Source of the DNA: an uncultured Holophaga sp.
GTDB lineage: Bacteria > Acidobacteriota > Holophagae > Holophagales > Holophagaceae
DNA length: 64,000 bases
Reading direction: 5' to 3'
NCBI GenBank assembly: GCA_963664825.1
Contig: OY761614.1
Coordinates: forward strand, 2,880,001-2,944,000
Numbering within the stretch: position 1 is the first letter of the stretch; each line of letters starts with the position of its first letter. Both the position numbers and the translations under genes were made by a program. Positions 36,867 to 46,727 of the stretch are shown here, one piece after another. The notes beneath the pieces were generated by a model. The model was not told the origin of the DNA. It saw nothing but the letters and a program-made list of their open reading frames with translations, and did no database searches.

Positions 36867-37477
36867 AGAGGCGACTCCCCACGGCGGTCCGCATGGTCCT
36901 CTTCCTGTTGGTGAGCCTGGCCCTCTCCCTCGTGCAGAGCCCCTGGCTTCTCTATGGGGGGGCCGCGCTGCTGGTGGCCCTGGCATTCAGACAGAGCATG
37001 TCCAAAAGCATGGTCCGGGCCCTGGCCTGGGTCACCCTCCTGCCCCTGCCTTGGATGGCCCTGCTCTTCATCCTGGCGGGCCGGGAGGCCACGGGCGCAT
37101 GGCTTCCGGGAGTCTGGTGGGGGCTCTTCAAGCTGGCACCCTACGCTACGCGCATCGGTAGCCTGATGCTGGCCAATCTCCTCTTCCTCCAGGCCACGCC
37201 CCTGCCCGAATTGATGGGGGTCCTGGGGCGGCTACCCATTCCCCCTTCCGCGGCCCTCATGATGGCCACCCTCGTTCGCTTCCTGCCCACGTCCCTCCAG
37301 GAGGTCCGCCGGGTGGTGGAGGCCCAGCAGTGCCGGGGCCTGGAGCGGTGGAGGCTCCTGACCCCCTCGGGCCTCCTCTCCCTGGCCGTGCCCCTCTTTC
37401 TGGCCCAGGTCCAGAGAGCCCACGACCTGGCCATCTCTCTGGAAATCCGAGGCTACGCCTCGTCTCAGCGCCCTTGA
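36863..37477 (+). CDS. ECF transporter T component (CbiQ/EcfT family)
   Basis: TM helices; RFLP, AQQCRG and LEIRG coupling-helix motifs. Confidence 0.88.
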   Translation: MKRRLPTAVRMVLFLLVSLALSLVQSPWLLYGGAALLVALAFRQSMSKSMVRALAWVTLLPLPWMALLFILAGREATGAWLPGVWWGLFKLAPYATRIGSLMLANLLFLQATPLPELMGVLGRLPIPPSAALMMATLVRFLPTSLQEVRRVVEAQQCRGLERWRLLTPSGLLSLAVPLFLAQVQRAHDLAISLEIRGYASSQRP

Positions 37478-37487
37478 AGGAGTCCCC

Positions 37488-38273
37488 ATGATCCCACCCC
37501 TCTTGGCGGAGGTCCTCTCCACCGTGCCCGACGATGGGCAGGTGGTGGAGGATATCCACGTCTACTCCAACTGGGTGCTCAGCCGGGCCCGCCGCCCGGC
37601 CCTCAGCACCGTATTCCACGGCATGCCCGGGTTGGAGAGCCCCCAGCACTGCCGGACTTGGATGGGCGACCGGTTGAACCTGCCGGCCAAGGCCGTGGCC
37701 GCCGATGCCTTGGGCAGCGGCAGCGCCCTGGAGATGGCCCTGGGCATGTCGCTCCTGGGGGCCACCCTGCCTCTGCCGGAGGATCTCTTCGAGGGCAACG
37801 CCATCGACGTGTGCGCCCACCTGGCCAGGAAGCTGCGGACGGTCTTCATCGGCCACTTCGTGGAAGGGGAACAGTGGCGGGCCGCGGGCTGGCCCGTGGA
37901 TATCGTGGAACTCTTCCCCCGACCCGGGGATATCCCCTGGGAGGAGAGCCACGAGGTGCTGGCCAGGGCCGAGCTCGTGCTCATCACCGGGCTCACCCTC
38001 ATCAACGGCACCTTTCACGAGGTGGTGCGCCGGAGTCCGAAGGCCCTGCGGGCCCTCCTGGGGCCTACGGTGCCCCCCAGCCCGGTCTTTTTCGGCCACG
38101 GCATCCATCTGGCGGGCTCCACCCTCGTGGAGGATCTGGAAGGCACCATCCGCTACTGCCGCCTGGGGGGCGGAGGGATCGCCCAGGCGCCGGGGGGGCT
38201 CTTCCGGAAGGTCAACCTCGCGCATTCGGATTTCAGGAAGGAGGCCGCCCATGTGGCTCGGACGACTGCATGA
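37488..38273 (+). CDS. DUF364 Rossmann-like domain protein
   Basis: FIGHF, LVLITGLTLINGT, LLGPTVP.SPVFF motifs. Confidence 0.8.
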   Translation: MIPPLLAEVLSTVPDDGQVVEDIHVYSNWVLSRARRPALSTVFHGMPGLESPQHCRTWMGDRLNLPAKAVAADALGSGSALEMALGMSLLGATLPLPEDLFEGNAIDVCAHLARKLRTVFIGHFVEGEQWRAAGWPVDIVELFPRPGDIPWEESHEVLARAELVLITGLTLINGTFHEVVRRSPKALRALLGPTVPPSPVFFGHGIHLAGSTLVEDLEGTIRYCRLGGGGIAQAPGGLFRKVNLAHSDFRKEAAHVARTTA

Positions 38274-39063
38274 ATGGGCCAGCCAGGGCATGGCCTGCGC
38301 CCTGGTCACCATTGTGGAAGCTGAAGGCAGCACCCCCCGGGGCCCCGGCTCCAAGATGGCCGTGAGCGCCAGCGGCGAGATTGCCGGTTCCGTGGGGGGC
38401 GGCGCCGTGGAGCACCACTGCGTTCAGGCCGCCAAGGAAGTGATGGAATCAGGCCTCCCCAGGCTCCTCCGCTTCGTCATGGACGGCACGGAATGGACTG
38501 TGGAGGGCGATTCGAAGGATTTCGGGGCCTGCGGAGGGGCCGTCTCCGTGTTCATCGAGCCCATCCTGCCTCCGGTGGAGCTGGTGGCCTTCGGGGCGGG
38601 GCACGTGGCGGAGAGCCTGGGCCGCCTCTGCGCCGCCCTCGGCATGCCCTTCCGGGTCTACGACGATCGGCCGGAATTCCCCACGCCGGAGCGATTTCCC
38701 CAGGCCCGGGAGAGGGTCGTCGGATCCTATGAAGAACTTTCCAGGCACATCCACCTGGGTCCGGCCAGCTACTGCGTGATCCTCACCCAGGGCCATGTGC
38801 ACGACGAGACGGTGCTGGAGCAGCTCCTCCGGATCCCATCCCTGCCCTACATCGGCATGATCGGAAGCCCCATCAAGGTCCGCCATTCCTTCGCCCAGGT
38901 AAGGGGGAAGGGCGTCCCGCCGGACGCGCGGGTCTTCAGTCCCGTGGGGCTCGCCCTGGGGGGCGGCCTGCCCGGAGACATCGCCCTCTCCATCCTGGCG
39001 GAGGTGCGGATGCTCCTCTTCGGCGGCCAGGGCCGCCATCTGAGGGTTTCACCCGGGGCCTGA
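38251..39063 (+). CDS. xdhC: XdhC/CoxI-family molybdenum cofactor chaperone
   Basis: GSTPRGPGSKM, GSVGGG, ACGG, FGAGHVA, DDRPEF, YIGMIGS, SPVGL. Confidence 0.9.
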   Translation: MWLGRLHEWASQGMACALVTIVEAEGSTPRGPGSKMAVSASGEIAGSVGGGAVEHHCVQAAKEVMESGLPRLLRFVMDGTEWTVEGDSKDFGACGGAVSVFIEPILPPVELVAFGAGHVAESLGRLCAALGMPFRVYDDRPEFPTPERFPQARERVVGSYEELSRHIHLGPASYCVILTQGHVHDETVLEQLLRIPSLPYIGMIGSPIKVRHSFAQVRGKGVPPDARVFSPVGLALGGGLPGDIALSILAEVRMLLFGGQGRHLRVSPGA

Positions 39064-39122
39064 GGCTAGGCCCAGATTCCATTCATTCGAGTCGGCCCGA
39101 TGGACGGGCCCAGGAGGTTTTT

Positions 39123-41153
39123 TTGAAAACGCGTGAGATCTCGAGACTGATGCTGGTCTTGGCGGCCCTGACGGGTCCCTGCCTGAAGGCCGAAGAACCT
39201 TCAAATCCCCCCAAGGCCACCGAAGCGGCTCCCTCCAAGGACGCCAAGCAGAACACCTTCAAGCTGGGGGAGGTGACGGTCCTGGTGACCGATCGCCTGG
39301 AGGCCTCGGAGACCGTGAACCTGCGGATCGACCAAGCGCATCTCCAGGCCTTCGGCCGGAGCACCGTGGCCTCCGCCCTGGACCTGACGCCGGGCGTGAG
39401 CCTCTCCCTCAATTCCCGGAACGAACAGATGCTCTACCTGAGGGGCCTCGATTCCCGGCAGGTGGCCGTCTTCGTGGACGGCGTGCCTGTCTACGTGCCC
39501 TACGACGGCGAGATGGATTACGGGCGCTTCACCACCTTCGACCTAGCCGAAATCCAGGTGGCCAAGGGCTTCAGCTCCATCACCTTCGGTCCCAATACCC
39601 TGGGCGGCGCCATCAATCTGGTGACCCGCAAACCCACCAAGGCTTTCGAAGGGGATCTCTCCCTGGGCGCCTTTTCCGAAAAGGGCCGACAGGCCTCCTT
39701 CAATGCCGGGTCGAGGATGGGGGCCTGGTACCTCCAGGTGGGGGCCAGCACCCTCTCCATGGACGGATGGCGCATGTCTTCGGACTTCAAGCCCAATGCC
39801 CGGGAGGACGGAGATCAGCGGAACAATTCCGACGCCCTGGATCGCCGCTATTCCCTGAAGGTGGGTTTCAACCCCTCCGAGGGGAACGAATACGCGTTGG
39901 CCTGGAGCCGCCAGAAGGGCGAAAAGGGCAATCCCGTGGCCACCGCCCCGGATATCTCCCCCACCTACTGGCGCTGGCCCACCTGGGATAAGGATAGCCT
40001 CTACTTCACCTCTTCCACCGCCCTCGGCGCCCAGAGCGCGCTGAAGTCCCGGATCTACCACGACGAGTACGAGAACACCATCCAGGAGTACACCAATGGC
40101 ACCTTCACGGTGCCCAGCACCACCGGCAAGCTCAAGCCCACGGGCCAGAGCTTCTACCGGGACTTCAGCAATGGCGTGGCCCTGGAATGGGACACGCTGG
40201 CCCTGGAGGGACATCTCATCCGGGCCTCACTCCAGGCCAAGCGGGATGTGCATCGGGAGGATAACGGGCTGGCCACTTCCCGCAAGTTCTACGAGGACGA
40301 CCTGCTCTCGGGGGGCCTGGAGGATACGGTCTCCCTGGGGCGGACCCTGGACCTGGCCCTGGGGCTGGGCTATGACCAGCTCCATCCCGTGGACGCGGGC
40401 ACCTGGCATCTGCCGGATTCCAAGGGCTTCCTCCACGGCCAGGCGGCGTTCTACTGGCAGGTGGATTCCAAGATCCGGCTCCATGTCTCCATCGCCCAGA
40501 AGGACCACTTCCCGACCCTCAAGGATCGCTACTCCCTGCGCCTGGGCTCCTACATCGAGAACCCCGATCTGAAGCCCGAGCGGGCCCTCAACTGGGAGGC
40601 GGGGGCCGAAGTGCGGCCCTTCACCTGGGTGGCCCTGAGCGCCGCCCTCTTCCGCAGCGATATCCGGGATCTCATCCAGGCCCAGTCCGTGGCTGGAACG
40701 ACCTTCATGCAGAACCGCAATATCGGTAAGGTGCGCCATCAGGGCGTGGAGTTCACGGCCGAATTCACGCCCTGCGCTTGGCTCCAGGGGGGCCTGGGCT
40801 ACACCTACCTGGACCGGAAGAACCTGAGCGATCCCACGCTGGTACTCACCTCCACCCCCCGGAACCGGCTCACGGCCCACCTAAAGGTGGAGCCCGTGAC
40901 GGGCCTGCGCTTCCAGACCAAGGTGGAGAGCCAGGACGCCCTCTGGGACACCTACTCCAATCTGTCCAAACTGACCGTGAACACCCGGTTGGGGGGCTAC
41001 ACGACCCTGGCCTTCTCCGCGGGGTGGGATGTCTGCAAGGGCGTCAGCCTGGAGGGAGGCCTCTCCAATCTCCTGGATCGCAATTACCAGCTGACCACCG
41101 GCTACCCCTTGCCGGGACGCACCTGGTTCGCCAATCTCCGCTACCGCTTCTAG
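39123..41153 (+). CDS. TonB-dependent outer membrane receptor
   Basis: Signal peptide, plug (LRGLD..VFVDGVP..GGAINLVT), NPDLKPE, NLLD..Y, C-terminal YRF. Confidence 0.93.
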   Translation: MKTREISRLMLVLAALTGPCLKAEEPSNPPKATEAAPSKDAKQNTFKLGEVTVLVTDRLEASETVNLRIDQAHLQAFGRSTVASALDLTPGVSLSLNSRNEQMLYLRGLDSRQVAVFVDGVPVYVPYDGEMDYGRFTTFDLAEIQVAKGFSSITFGPNTLGGAINLVTRKPTKAFEGDLSLGAFSEKGRQASFNAGSRMGAWYLQVGASTLSMDGWRMSSDFKPNAREDGDQRNNSDALDRRYSLKVGFNPSEGNEYALAWSRQKGEKGNPVATAPDISPTYWRWPTWDKDSLYFTSSTALGAQSALKSRIYHDEYENTIQEYTNGTFTVPSTTGKLKPTGQSFYRDFSNGVALEWDTLALEGHLIRASLQAKRDVHREDNGLATSRKFYEDDLLSGGLEDTVSLGRTLDLALGLGYDQLHPVDAGTWHLPDSKGFLHGQAAFYWQVDSKIRLHVSIAQKDHFPTLKDRYSLRLGSYIENPDLKPERALNWEAGAEVRPFTWVALSAALFRSDIRDLIQAQSVAGTTFMQNRNIGKVRHQGVEFTAEFTPCAWLQGGLGYTYLDRKNLSDPTLVLTSTPRNRLTAHLKVEPVTGLRFQTKVESQDALWDTYSNLSKLTVNTRLGGYTTLAFSAGWDVCKGVSLEGGLSNLLDRNYQLTTGYPLPGRTWFANLRYRF

Positions 41154-41178
41154 AGGGCATTGCCAGCTCGCGAGCAAG

Positions 41179-41218
41179 CAACAGGGCAGCCATCCCCTTG
41201 GGTGTGGCTGCCCTGTTG
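41179..41218. terminator. Hairpin between convergent genes
   Basis: CAACAGGGCAGCCA / TGGCTGCCCTGTTG 14-bp stem. Confidence 0.6.
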
Positions 41219-41244
41219 GCGCGGGTTCTTGTGGGCAGAGGCTG

Positions 41245-43248
41245 TTAGCTGTAGCCGCCCATGAGCTTGTGGATGAAGCGGCTCACGAAGGCCCAGAGCA
41301 GGATGCAGGCGAAGAGGGCCAGGCCCGCGCACCAGATGAAGATGATCCACATGGGGGTGCCAGCCATGTTGCTGGCGATCTTGCCTGCGGCGTAGGATCC
41401 CAGGCCGCTGCCGAAGAACCAGATGCCCATCATCTGGCTGCCCAGCTGGCGGGGGGCCAGCTTGGAGACGTAGGCCAGGCCCACGGGAGAGAGACACAGC
41501 TCGCCCAGTGTGGCGAAGACATAGGTGCCGAAGAGCCAGCCCAGGGAGACCTGCATCACCTGGCCCAGTTGGGGCTGGGCCAGGCGGGCCGCCATGGACA
41601 TGACGCCTAGCGCCAGGGAGACGCAGAGGAGCCCCAGGGCGAATTTCACCGGGCTGCTGGGCCACTTGCCGCTGCGCTTGCGCCAAAGGGCGGCGAAGAC
41701 CGCCCCGAGGATCACCACCAGGGTGGGATTGGTCACCAGCACGAAGACCGGCGGGATCTCGAAGCCGCCCTTGGCCTGGAGGAGATCCGTCTTCTGTTTC
41801 TCCAGAGCCTTCTCCTTCTGGGCCACAGCGGCGAGCTTGGCCTCCGCGGCGCTCATTTGGTCCAGCACGCCCTTCATCTCCTGGGCCACCGGTGGGTTCT
41901 GGTCGGAGGTGGCCTTCATATGGGCTTCCATCGCCGGGCGCTCGCCCTGGAGGCGTTGCACTTCGGCGGCGCGCTTGGCGGCATTCTTCGGCGTGTCCTG
42001 GGCCGGTTTCAGGTCCTGGAGGGTCTGGATCTCCTTATCCAGGGTCCTGAGTTTGAGGGTGGCTTCCACCAGAGGATTATCCTGCTTGCGCAGGGCATCG
42101 AAGGTCGTCTCGAAGGCCTTCACCGCTTTATCGGCCGGGGGCAGTTCGTTGAGGCGGATCTTGGCCTGTTCGACGGCGAGGGCTTGAGCCTGGGGGTTGC
42201 CGAAGACCCGCTTGCTGTAGTCCCGGGCGAAGAGATTGAAGGTGGAACCCGCCTGCTGGAAGAGCATCCAGAAAATCAGGCTGAAGGCGATCATCAGGCC
42301 CACTACGCCGATGCGGGTCCAGTCGGAACCGGTGAGCTTCTGGTGCTCAATGGGGGTGCCGCCGGAGGTGGCTGCAACCGATGTGCGGGTCTTCACGAGG
42401 CCGCGGTTGATGAGGGCCTGGACGCCGAACATGAGGAAGATGGCCCCTCCGATGCCTGCTGCCAGCTGGACATAGGGGTTCGGATGACTGATGACCAGGA
42501 AGGCGAGGCCCACCACCACCGCCACCTGGAAGGCCACGAAGGGCAGGCCCGCGGGCCTCGGCTCCACTTCCCCCTCGGGGAGGGTGAGGTCCTGGATGAG
42601 CTTGCGGCGCAGGACGAAATTCACCAGGGAGAGCAGCATGCCGAAGCCCGTCATGCCGAAGGCCCAGGCCCAGCCATTGGGGCTATCCAGCCCCACGGCG
42701 CGCAGGAGGGACATGAAGCTGGGACTGCTGGACATCCAGCCGCAGAGGAAGACTGCGATGATGGAGCCCACGTTTATGCCCGCGTATTCGATGGTGAAGG
42801 CGGCGTCCCTTCTGGGATCGTGCTTGTCGTACATCTTGCCGACCGAGGCCGAGAGATTGGGCTTCATCAGGCAGGTGCCCACGGCGATGGCGGTGAGCGA
42901 GAAGAGCAGGGCCTGGGCGCTATGCACCTGGAGCAGGAGCTGGCCTGCGGCGATGAAGAGGCCCCCCAGGAGGATGGTGCGCTTGGCGCCGATGAAGCGA
43001 TCAGCGATCTGGCCGCCGGAGAGGGCGAAGACATAGAGGGAGAGGTAGTAGCCCGCAAATATCGCCGTGGCCCGCCCCAGATCGAGCCCCAGCCCGCCCA
43101 TGGCCGCGGAGGCCGTCATATACAGCATCAACAGGGGCCGCGTCCCATAGAACGACATGCGTTCGAAGGTCTCCGTGATGACGAGCACCCAGAGGCCCTT
43201 GGGGTGACCTTTCGGGATGTCCGTCGCTGGAACAGCGGACTGGTTCAT
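41245..43248 (-). CDS. POT/PTR-family proton-dependent peptide transporter with large helical insertion
   Basis: GHPKGL, ETFERMSFYG, IADRFIG, KPN, GELCLSPVGL. Confidence 0.92.
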   Translation of the reverse strand: MNQSAVPATDIPKGHPKGLWVLVITETFERMSFYGTRPLLMLYMTASAAMGGLGLDLGRATAIFAGYYLSLYVFALSGGQIADRFIGAKRTILLGGLFIAAGQLLLQVHSAQALLFSLTAIAVGTCLMKPNLSASVGKMYDKHDPRRDAAFTIEYAGINVGSIIAVFLCGWMSSSPSFMSLLRAVGLDSPNGWAWAFGMTGFGMLLSLVNFVLRRKLIQDLTLPEGEVEPRPAGLPFVAFQVAVVVGLAFLVISHPNPYVQLAAGIGGAIFLMFGVQALINRGLVKTRTSVAATSGGTPIEHQKLTGSDWTRIGVVGLMIAFSLIFWMLFQQAGSTFNLFARDYSKRVFGNPQAQALAVEQAKIRLNELPPADKAVKAFETTFDALRKQDNPLVEATLKLRTLDKEIQTLQDLKPAQDTPKNAAKRAAEVQRLQGERPAMEAHMKATSDQNPPVAQEMKGVLDQMSAAEAKLAAVAQKEKALEKQKTDLLQAKGGFEIPPVFVLVTNPTLVVILGAVFAALWRKRSGKWPSSPVKFALGLLCVSLALGVMSMAARLAQPQLGQVMQVSLGWLFGTYVFATLGELCLSPVGLAYVSKLAPRQLGSQMMGIWFFGSGLGSYAAGKIASNMAGTPMWIIFIWCAGLALFACILLWAFVSRFIHKLMGGYS

Positions 43249-43330
43249 AGGGGAGCCTCCTCAGGATTCGTTCTGGCCATCGTCTCGCGAGGGCCACCCC
43301 GCTGGCAATGATGGATGCCGAATTCAGGCC

Positions 43331-44740
43331 TCAGAAATGAAAGCGGGCCGAGAGGGCCAGGATCTCGATGCGGTTCTGGAAGTGGCCGCTCAGGTTGCCC
43401 CGGAAGAAATCCGGGCTGGTGGAGGTCCCGGCGCTGAGGGCGAGGGGGGCTTCCTGGATGGCGATATGGGTGTAAGCGAGATCCACCGCCAGGGTCTTGC
43501 TGAAGGTGTAACCCAGGCCCACGGAAAACCAGGTGCGGTCGCCGTCCGGGATGCGGGGGGTGCGGGTGCTATCCGGGGCGGCGCCCTGGTCGCTGGCCAG
43601 GCCTGCCCTCAGGGAGAGCGATTCCGAACACTTCCAGGTGGCCCCCAGGCTGCAAAACCAGGTATCGCGCCAGTTTTCGAGGGTGACGGAATCGGACTGG
43701 CCGGATCCGAACTTCATCCGGAGTTCCTTGAAGGCGCTCCACTCCGTGCGGGAGACCTCCCAGGCCAGGTTGAAGGCGGGGTGGAGATCGTATGAGATGC
43801 CCAGGGAGATGGAATCGGGCAGGGACACCGCCGCCGTCACGGGGCCGTCGATGAGATGGCCTCCGTTGATCACGCCGGTGAAATAAGGCGCCAGGTTCGG
43901 GGAGACGGTGGGGTATTGGTAGGTGACGGTGCCTTCCACCTTCGGCTTGGTTGCGCCGGAGTATGCGAGCCCCAGGTGGAGTGTGCGGGTGGGCTCGAAG
44001 GTCAGGCCGAGCTTATAGCCGATCACCGACGCATCGCCCTTGATCGTGGCCTTGCCATCGTAGGGGGAGGAGGTGCCGCTGGGGATGAAGGCCCCGGAAA
44101 CCGAGGCGGAGGCTAGGCCCAGGAAGGCGATCTGGCCCATATCCACCGCGTTGCTCAGCTCGGCGTCCACCTTCCGGTAGATCAGGCTCGCGCCCACAGA
44201 CAGGGTCGGATGGATCCGATAGGCGGCGTTGAGGGCCACATCCAGCGTCTGAAGATCGGATTTGAGGGCGTGGTAGCGACCGGTGAAGCTGGGATCGTAT
44301 TGGGTCACCAGTCCGAAGGGGGCGTTCACGGACAGGCCCAGCTTGAAGTCCTTCGTTACCGACCACAGGGCATAGAGGTTGGGCAGCAACGCATCGTTGG
44401 CGGCGTCCGGATGGGAGGCGGGCCCTGGGATGGTGGTCCCGCCAAAGGGCGCCAGGGTTCCGGAATAGGTGCCCCGGGTGGCCGAGGCGCCTCCCAATTC
44501 CGCCTTGGGGGCTACAGAGGTCCCGCCGATCACGAACTGGAAGCCCTCGAAGGCCGTTAGGGTGGCGGGGTTGAAGAACATGCTGCTGATATCGGTCCCC
44601 CCCGCGCTGATGCCGGCGAAGGCGCTGCCTTGGGCGCTGGGGCTCTGTTCCCGGAGCTGGAAGCCAGAGGCCAGGGCCCGGGGCGCGAGGGTGCCCGCCA
44701 CGAGAAGGGTGAGGGTGATCGTTCGGATGGGTGGGGTCAT
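43331..44740 (-). CDS. fadL: FadL/OmpP1 outer membrane transporter
   Basis: ASGFQLREQS, NPA, PFGL.T.Y, RTPRIPDGDR, C-terminal F. Confidence 0.9.
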   Translation of the reverse strand: MTPPIRTITLTLLVAGTLAPRALASGFQLREQSPSAQGSAFAGISAGGTDISSMFFNPATLTAFEGFQFVIGGTSVAPKAELGGASATRGTYSGTLAPFGGTTIPGPASHPDAANDALLPNLYALWSVTKDFKLGLSVNAPFGLVTQYDPSFTGRYHALKSDLQTLDVALNAAYRIHPTLSVGASLIYRKVDAELSNAVDMGQIAFLGLASASVSGAFIPSGTSSPYDGKATIKGDASVIGYKLGLTFEPTRTLHLGLAYSGATKPKVEGTVTYQYPTVSPNLAPYFTGVINGGHLIDGPVTAAVSLPDSISLGISYDLHPAFNLAWEVSRTEWSAFKELRMKFGSGQSDSVTLENWRDTWFCSLGATWKCSESLSLRAGLASDQGAAPDSTRTPRIPDGDRTWFSVGLGYTFSKTLAVDLAYTHIAIQEAPLALSAGTSTSPDFFRGNLSGHFQNRIEILALSARFHF

Positions 44741-44900
44741 GTCTGGAGCACTCCGATCCCGGTTCGCCGGGGCTGGGAATGAACCAGACTAGGGAAGGGT
44801 ATGGAATGTTGACAATGACAAACAATCGGCGAGATCAGCTAATGGTGACCATGGATAACGCGGGTATGAACATGTTGAGAAAAAAAAGATATGCCCGAAA

Positions 44901-45659
44901 TCAGTCTTTCCCGAGCAGTTCCTTCAGCCGGCCGTACCCGCTCTTGCTCACCGGCAGGCGCGTGCCGTCGATTAGGACGGCGATCCAGCTCTCGGTCTCG
45001 CTCTGTTCCAGGCGGGCCAGGCGGTCCGTCTGGATGATGAAGCTGCGGTGGATGCGCAGGAAGCGTTTGGGATCCAGGCGGGATTCGAGACTTGCCAGGG
45101 TCTGCTGCTTGAGATGGCCCTTCTCGGGGGTCTTCAGGAGCACGTAGTCGTCCTGGGCCTGGATGTAGTCCAGCTTGGAGAGGGGGATGAGGGTCACCTT
45201 GGTGCCGTCCCGCACCACGATGCGGTCCAGGGGCCAATCGCTCTTGGCGGTGCTGGAGAGATCGGTGGCCTGGACCCGGGTGGGCTCCCCCGAGCCCAGC
45301 CGGATCTTGGCCCGCTGGAGGGCCTCCTCGAAGCGCTCCAGGCCGAAGGGCTTGAGGAGGTAGTCCACGGCGTGGACCTCGAAGGCCTTGAGGGCATGCT
45401 GGTCGTAGGCCGTCACGAAGATGACCGTGGGCTGGGGATCCAGCAGCTCGAGGACCTCGAAGCCGTCTAATTTAGGCATCTGGATATCCAGGAACATCAG
45501 GTCCGGCTTGAGCTCGGTGGCCATTTTTACGGCGTCGAAGCCGTTGGAACTTTCGGCCAGGATCTGCACTTCGGGATGGCTGGCCAGGTGTTCCCTCAGG
45601 ACGGCCCGGGCCAGGTCCTCGTCATCGACGATGAGGGCTGTGAAGGTGCGTTCGCTCAT
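44901..45659 (-). CDS. LytTR-family response regulator
   Basis: IVDDE, FLDIQMP, FVTAY, DYLLKP, FLRIHRS. Confidence 0.93.
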   Translation of the reverse strand: MSERTFTALIVDDEDLARAVLREHLASHPEVQILAESSNGFDAVKMATELKPDLMFLDIQMPKLDGFEVLELLDPQPTVIFVTAYDQHALKAFEVHAVDYLLKPFGLERFEEALQRAKIRLGSGEPTRVQATDLSSTAKSDWPLDRIVVRDGTKVTLIPLSKLDYIQAQDDYVLLKTPEKGHLKQQTLASLESRLDPKRFLRIHRSFIIQTDRLARLEQSETESWIAVLIDGTRLPVSKSGYGRLKELLGKD

Positions 45660-46726
45660 GGTTCTACCTCGCCTGAATGCCGGGGGAAGGTCAGCACCAC
45701 CTCGTGACGCCCCTCCCGGATCTTCGCTTCGAAAAAGGTCTGGCTGCCGTATCGCCCCTGGAGCCGCTGCTTCACCTGCTTGAGCCCCAGCCCCAGGCCC
45801 TGGGGCTGTTCGGCATCGGCGTCCATGGGATTTCCCACATGGATCTCCACGAAGGCGCCGTGGGCCAGGGCGGAGATGTGGATCGTGCCCCCCTCGGGGA
45901 TCTGGGCGATGCCATGTTTGATGGCGTTTTCCACCAGGGGCTGGAGGAGCAGGGTGGGGATCTCGACGTCCTCGAGGGCAGGGGACAGATCCCATTGGAT
46001 CCTGAGGTGCTCTCCGAAGCGGATCTGCTCGATGGCCAGGTAGTTCCTGACGAGGTCCAGTTCATCCGAGAGCCTCACCGTGGCGCGCTCTCCCAGGCGG
46101 AGGCTCTTGCGGAGGAAATCCGCCAGCAGCACGCACATCTCCCGGGCGCGCTTGGCGTCCAGGCTCGTGAGGGCGCTGATGGAGTTCAGGCTGTTGAAGA
46201 GAAAGTGCGGATTGAGTTGGGCGCGCAGAGCCTTCAGTTCGGCCTCCCGGGCCAGGACCCGCAGTTCCTGTTCCATGCGCTCGGCCTCCTGGCGCTGTTC
46301 GAGTGTCATCAGAAGGTAGTGCAGGGCCACGGTGAGGAGGTAGAGGATGCAGCCCGTGGTCCCGGCCACCAGCAGGTTCAGAAGGCTCATCTCCCCATAG
46401 GGGGCCAGGGCCGGATAGCCCCGTCCCAGCTGCTTGAGGACCTCCAGCATCAGGATGGACCAGAGGGCGCCCATGGCCAGGGAGGCCGCCATCCAAGTGG
46501 TCACCAGCGTGCGAGTCTCCGTGGTGGCGATGGGGAGCGTGCGGCACAGGAAAAACGAAGAGAGGAAGAGGCCCGCGGCGGTGTAGGCGCCCACCAGGCC
46601 AACGATGATCGCGGCGGGCAGGGGGGCGTGCTTGACCGCGGCCTGGGCCGCCAAGAGCGCCGCAATGGGGACCCACCCCAGGAGGTAGGTCCCCAGTCGG
46701 GCCCGGCTTCTTAAGACTGGATGCAT
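45656..46726 (-). CDS. LytS/YehU-type sensor histidine kinase
   Basis: LRAQLNPHFLFNSLN, QPLVENAIKHG. Confidence 0.92.
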   Translation of the reverse strand: MHPVLRSRARLGTYLLGWVPIAALLAAQAAVKHAPLPAAIIVGLVGAYTAAGLFLSSFFLCRTLPIATTETRTLVTTWMAASLAMGALWSILMLEVLKQLGRGYPALAPYGEMSLLNLLVAGTTGCILYLLTVALHYLLMTLEQRQEAERMEQELRVLAREAELKALRAQLNPHFLFNSLNSISALTSLDAKRAREMCVLLADFLRKSLRLGERATVRLSDELDLVRNYLAIEQIRFGEHLRIQWDLSPALEDVEIPTLLLQPLVENAIKHGIAQIPEGGTIHISALAHGAFVEIHVGNPMDADAEQPQGLGLGLKQVKQRLQGRYGSQTFFEAKIREGRHEVVLTFPRHSGEVEP

Positions 46727-46727
46727 C

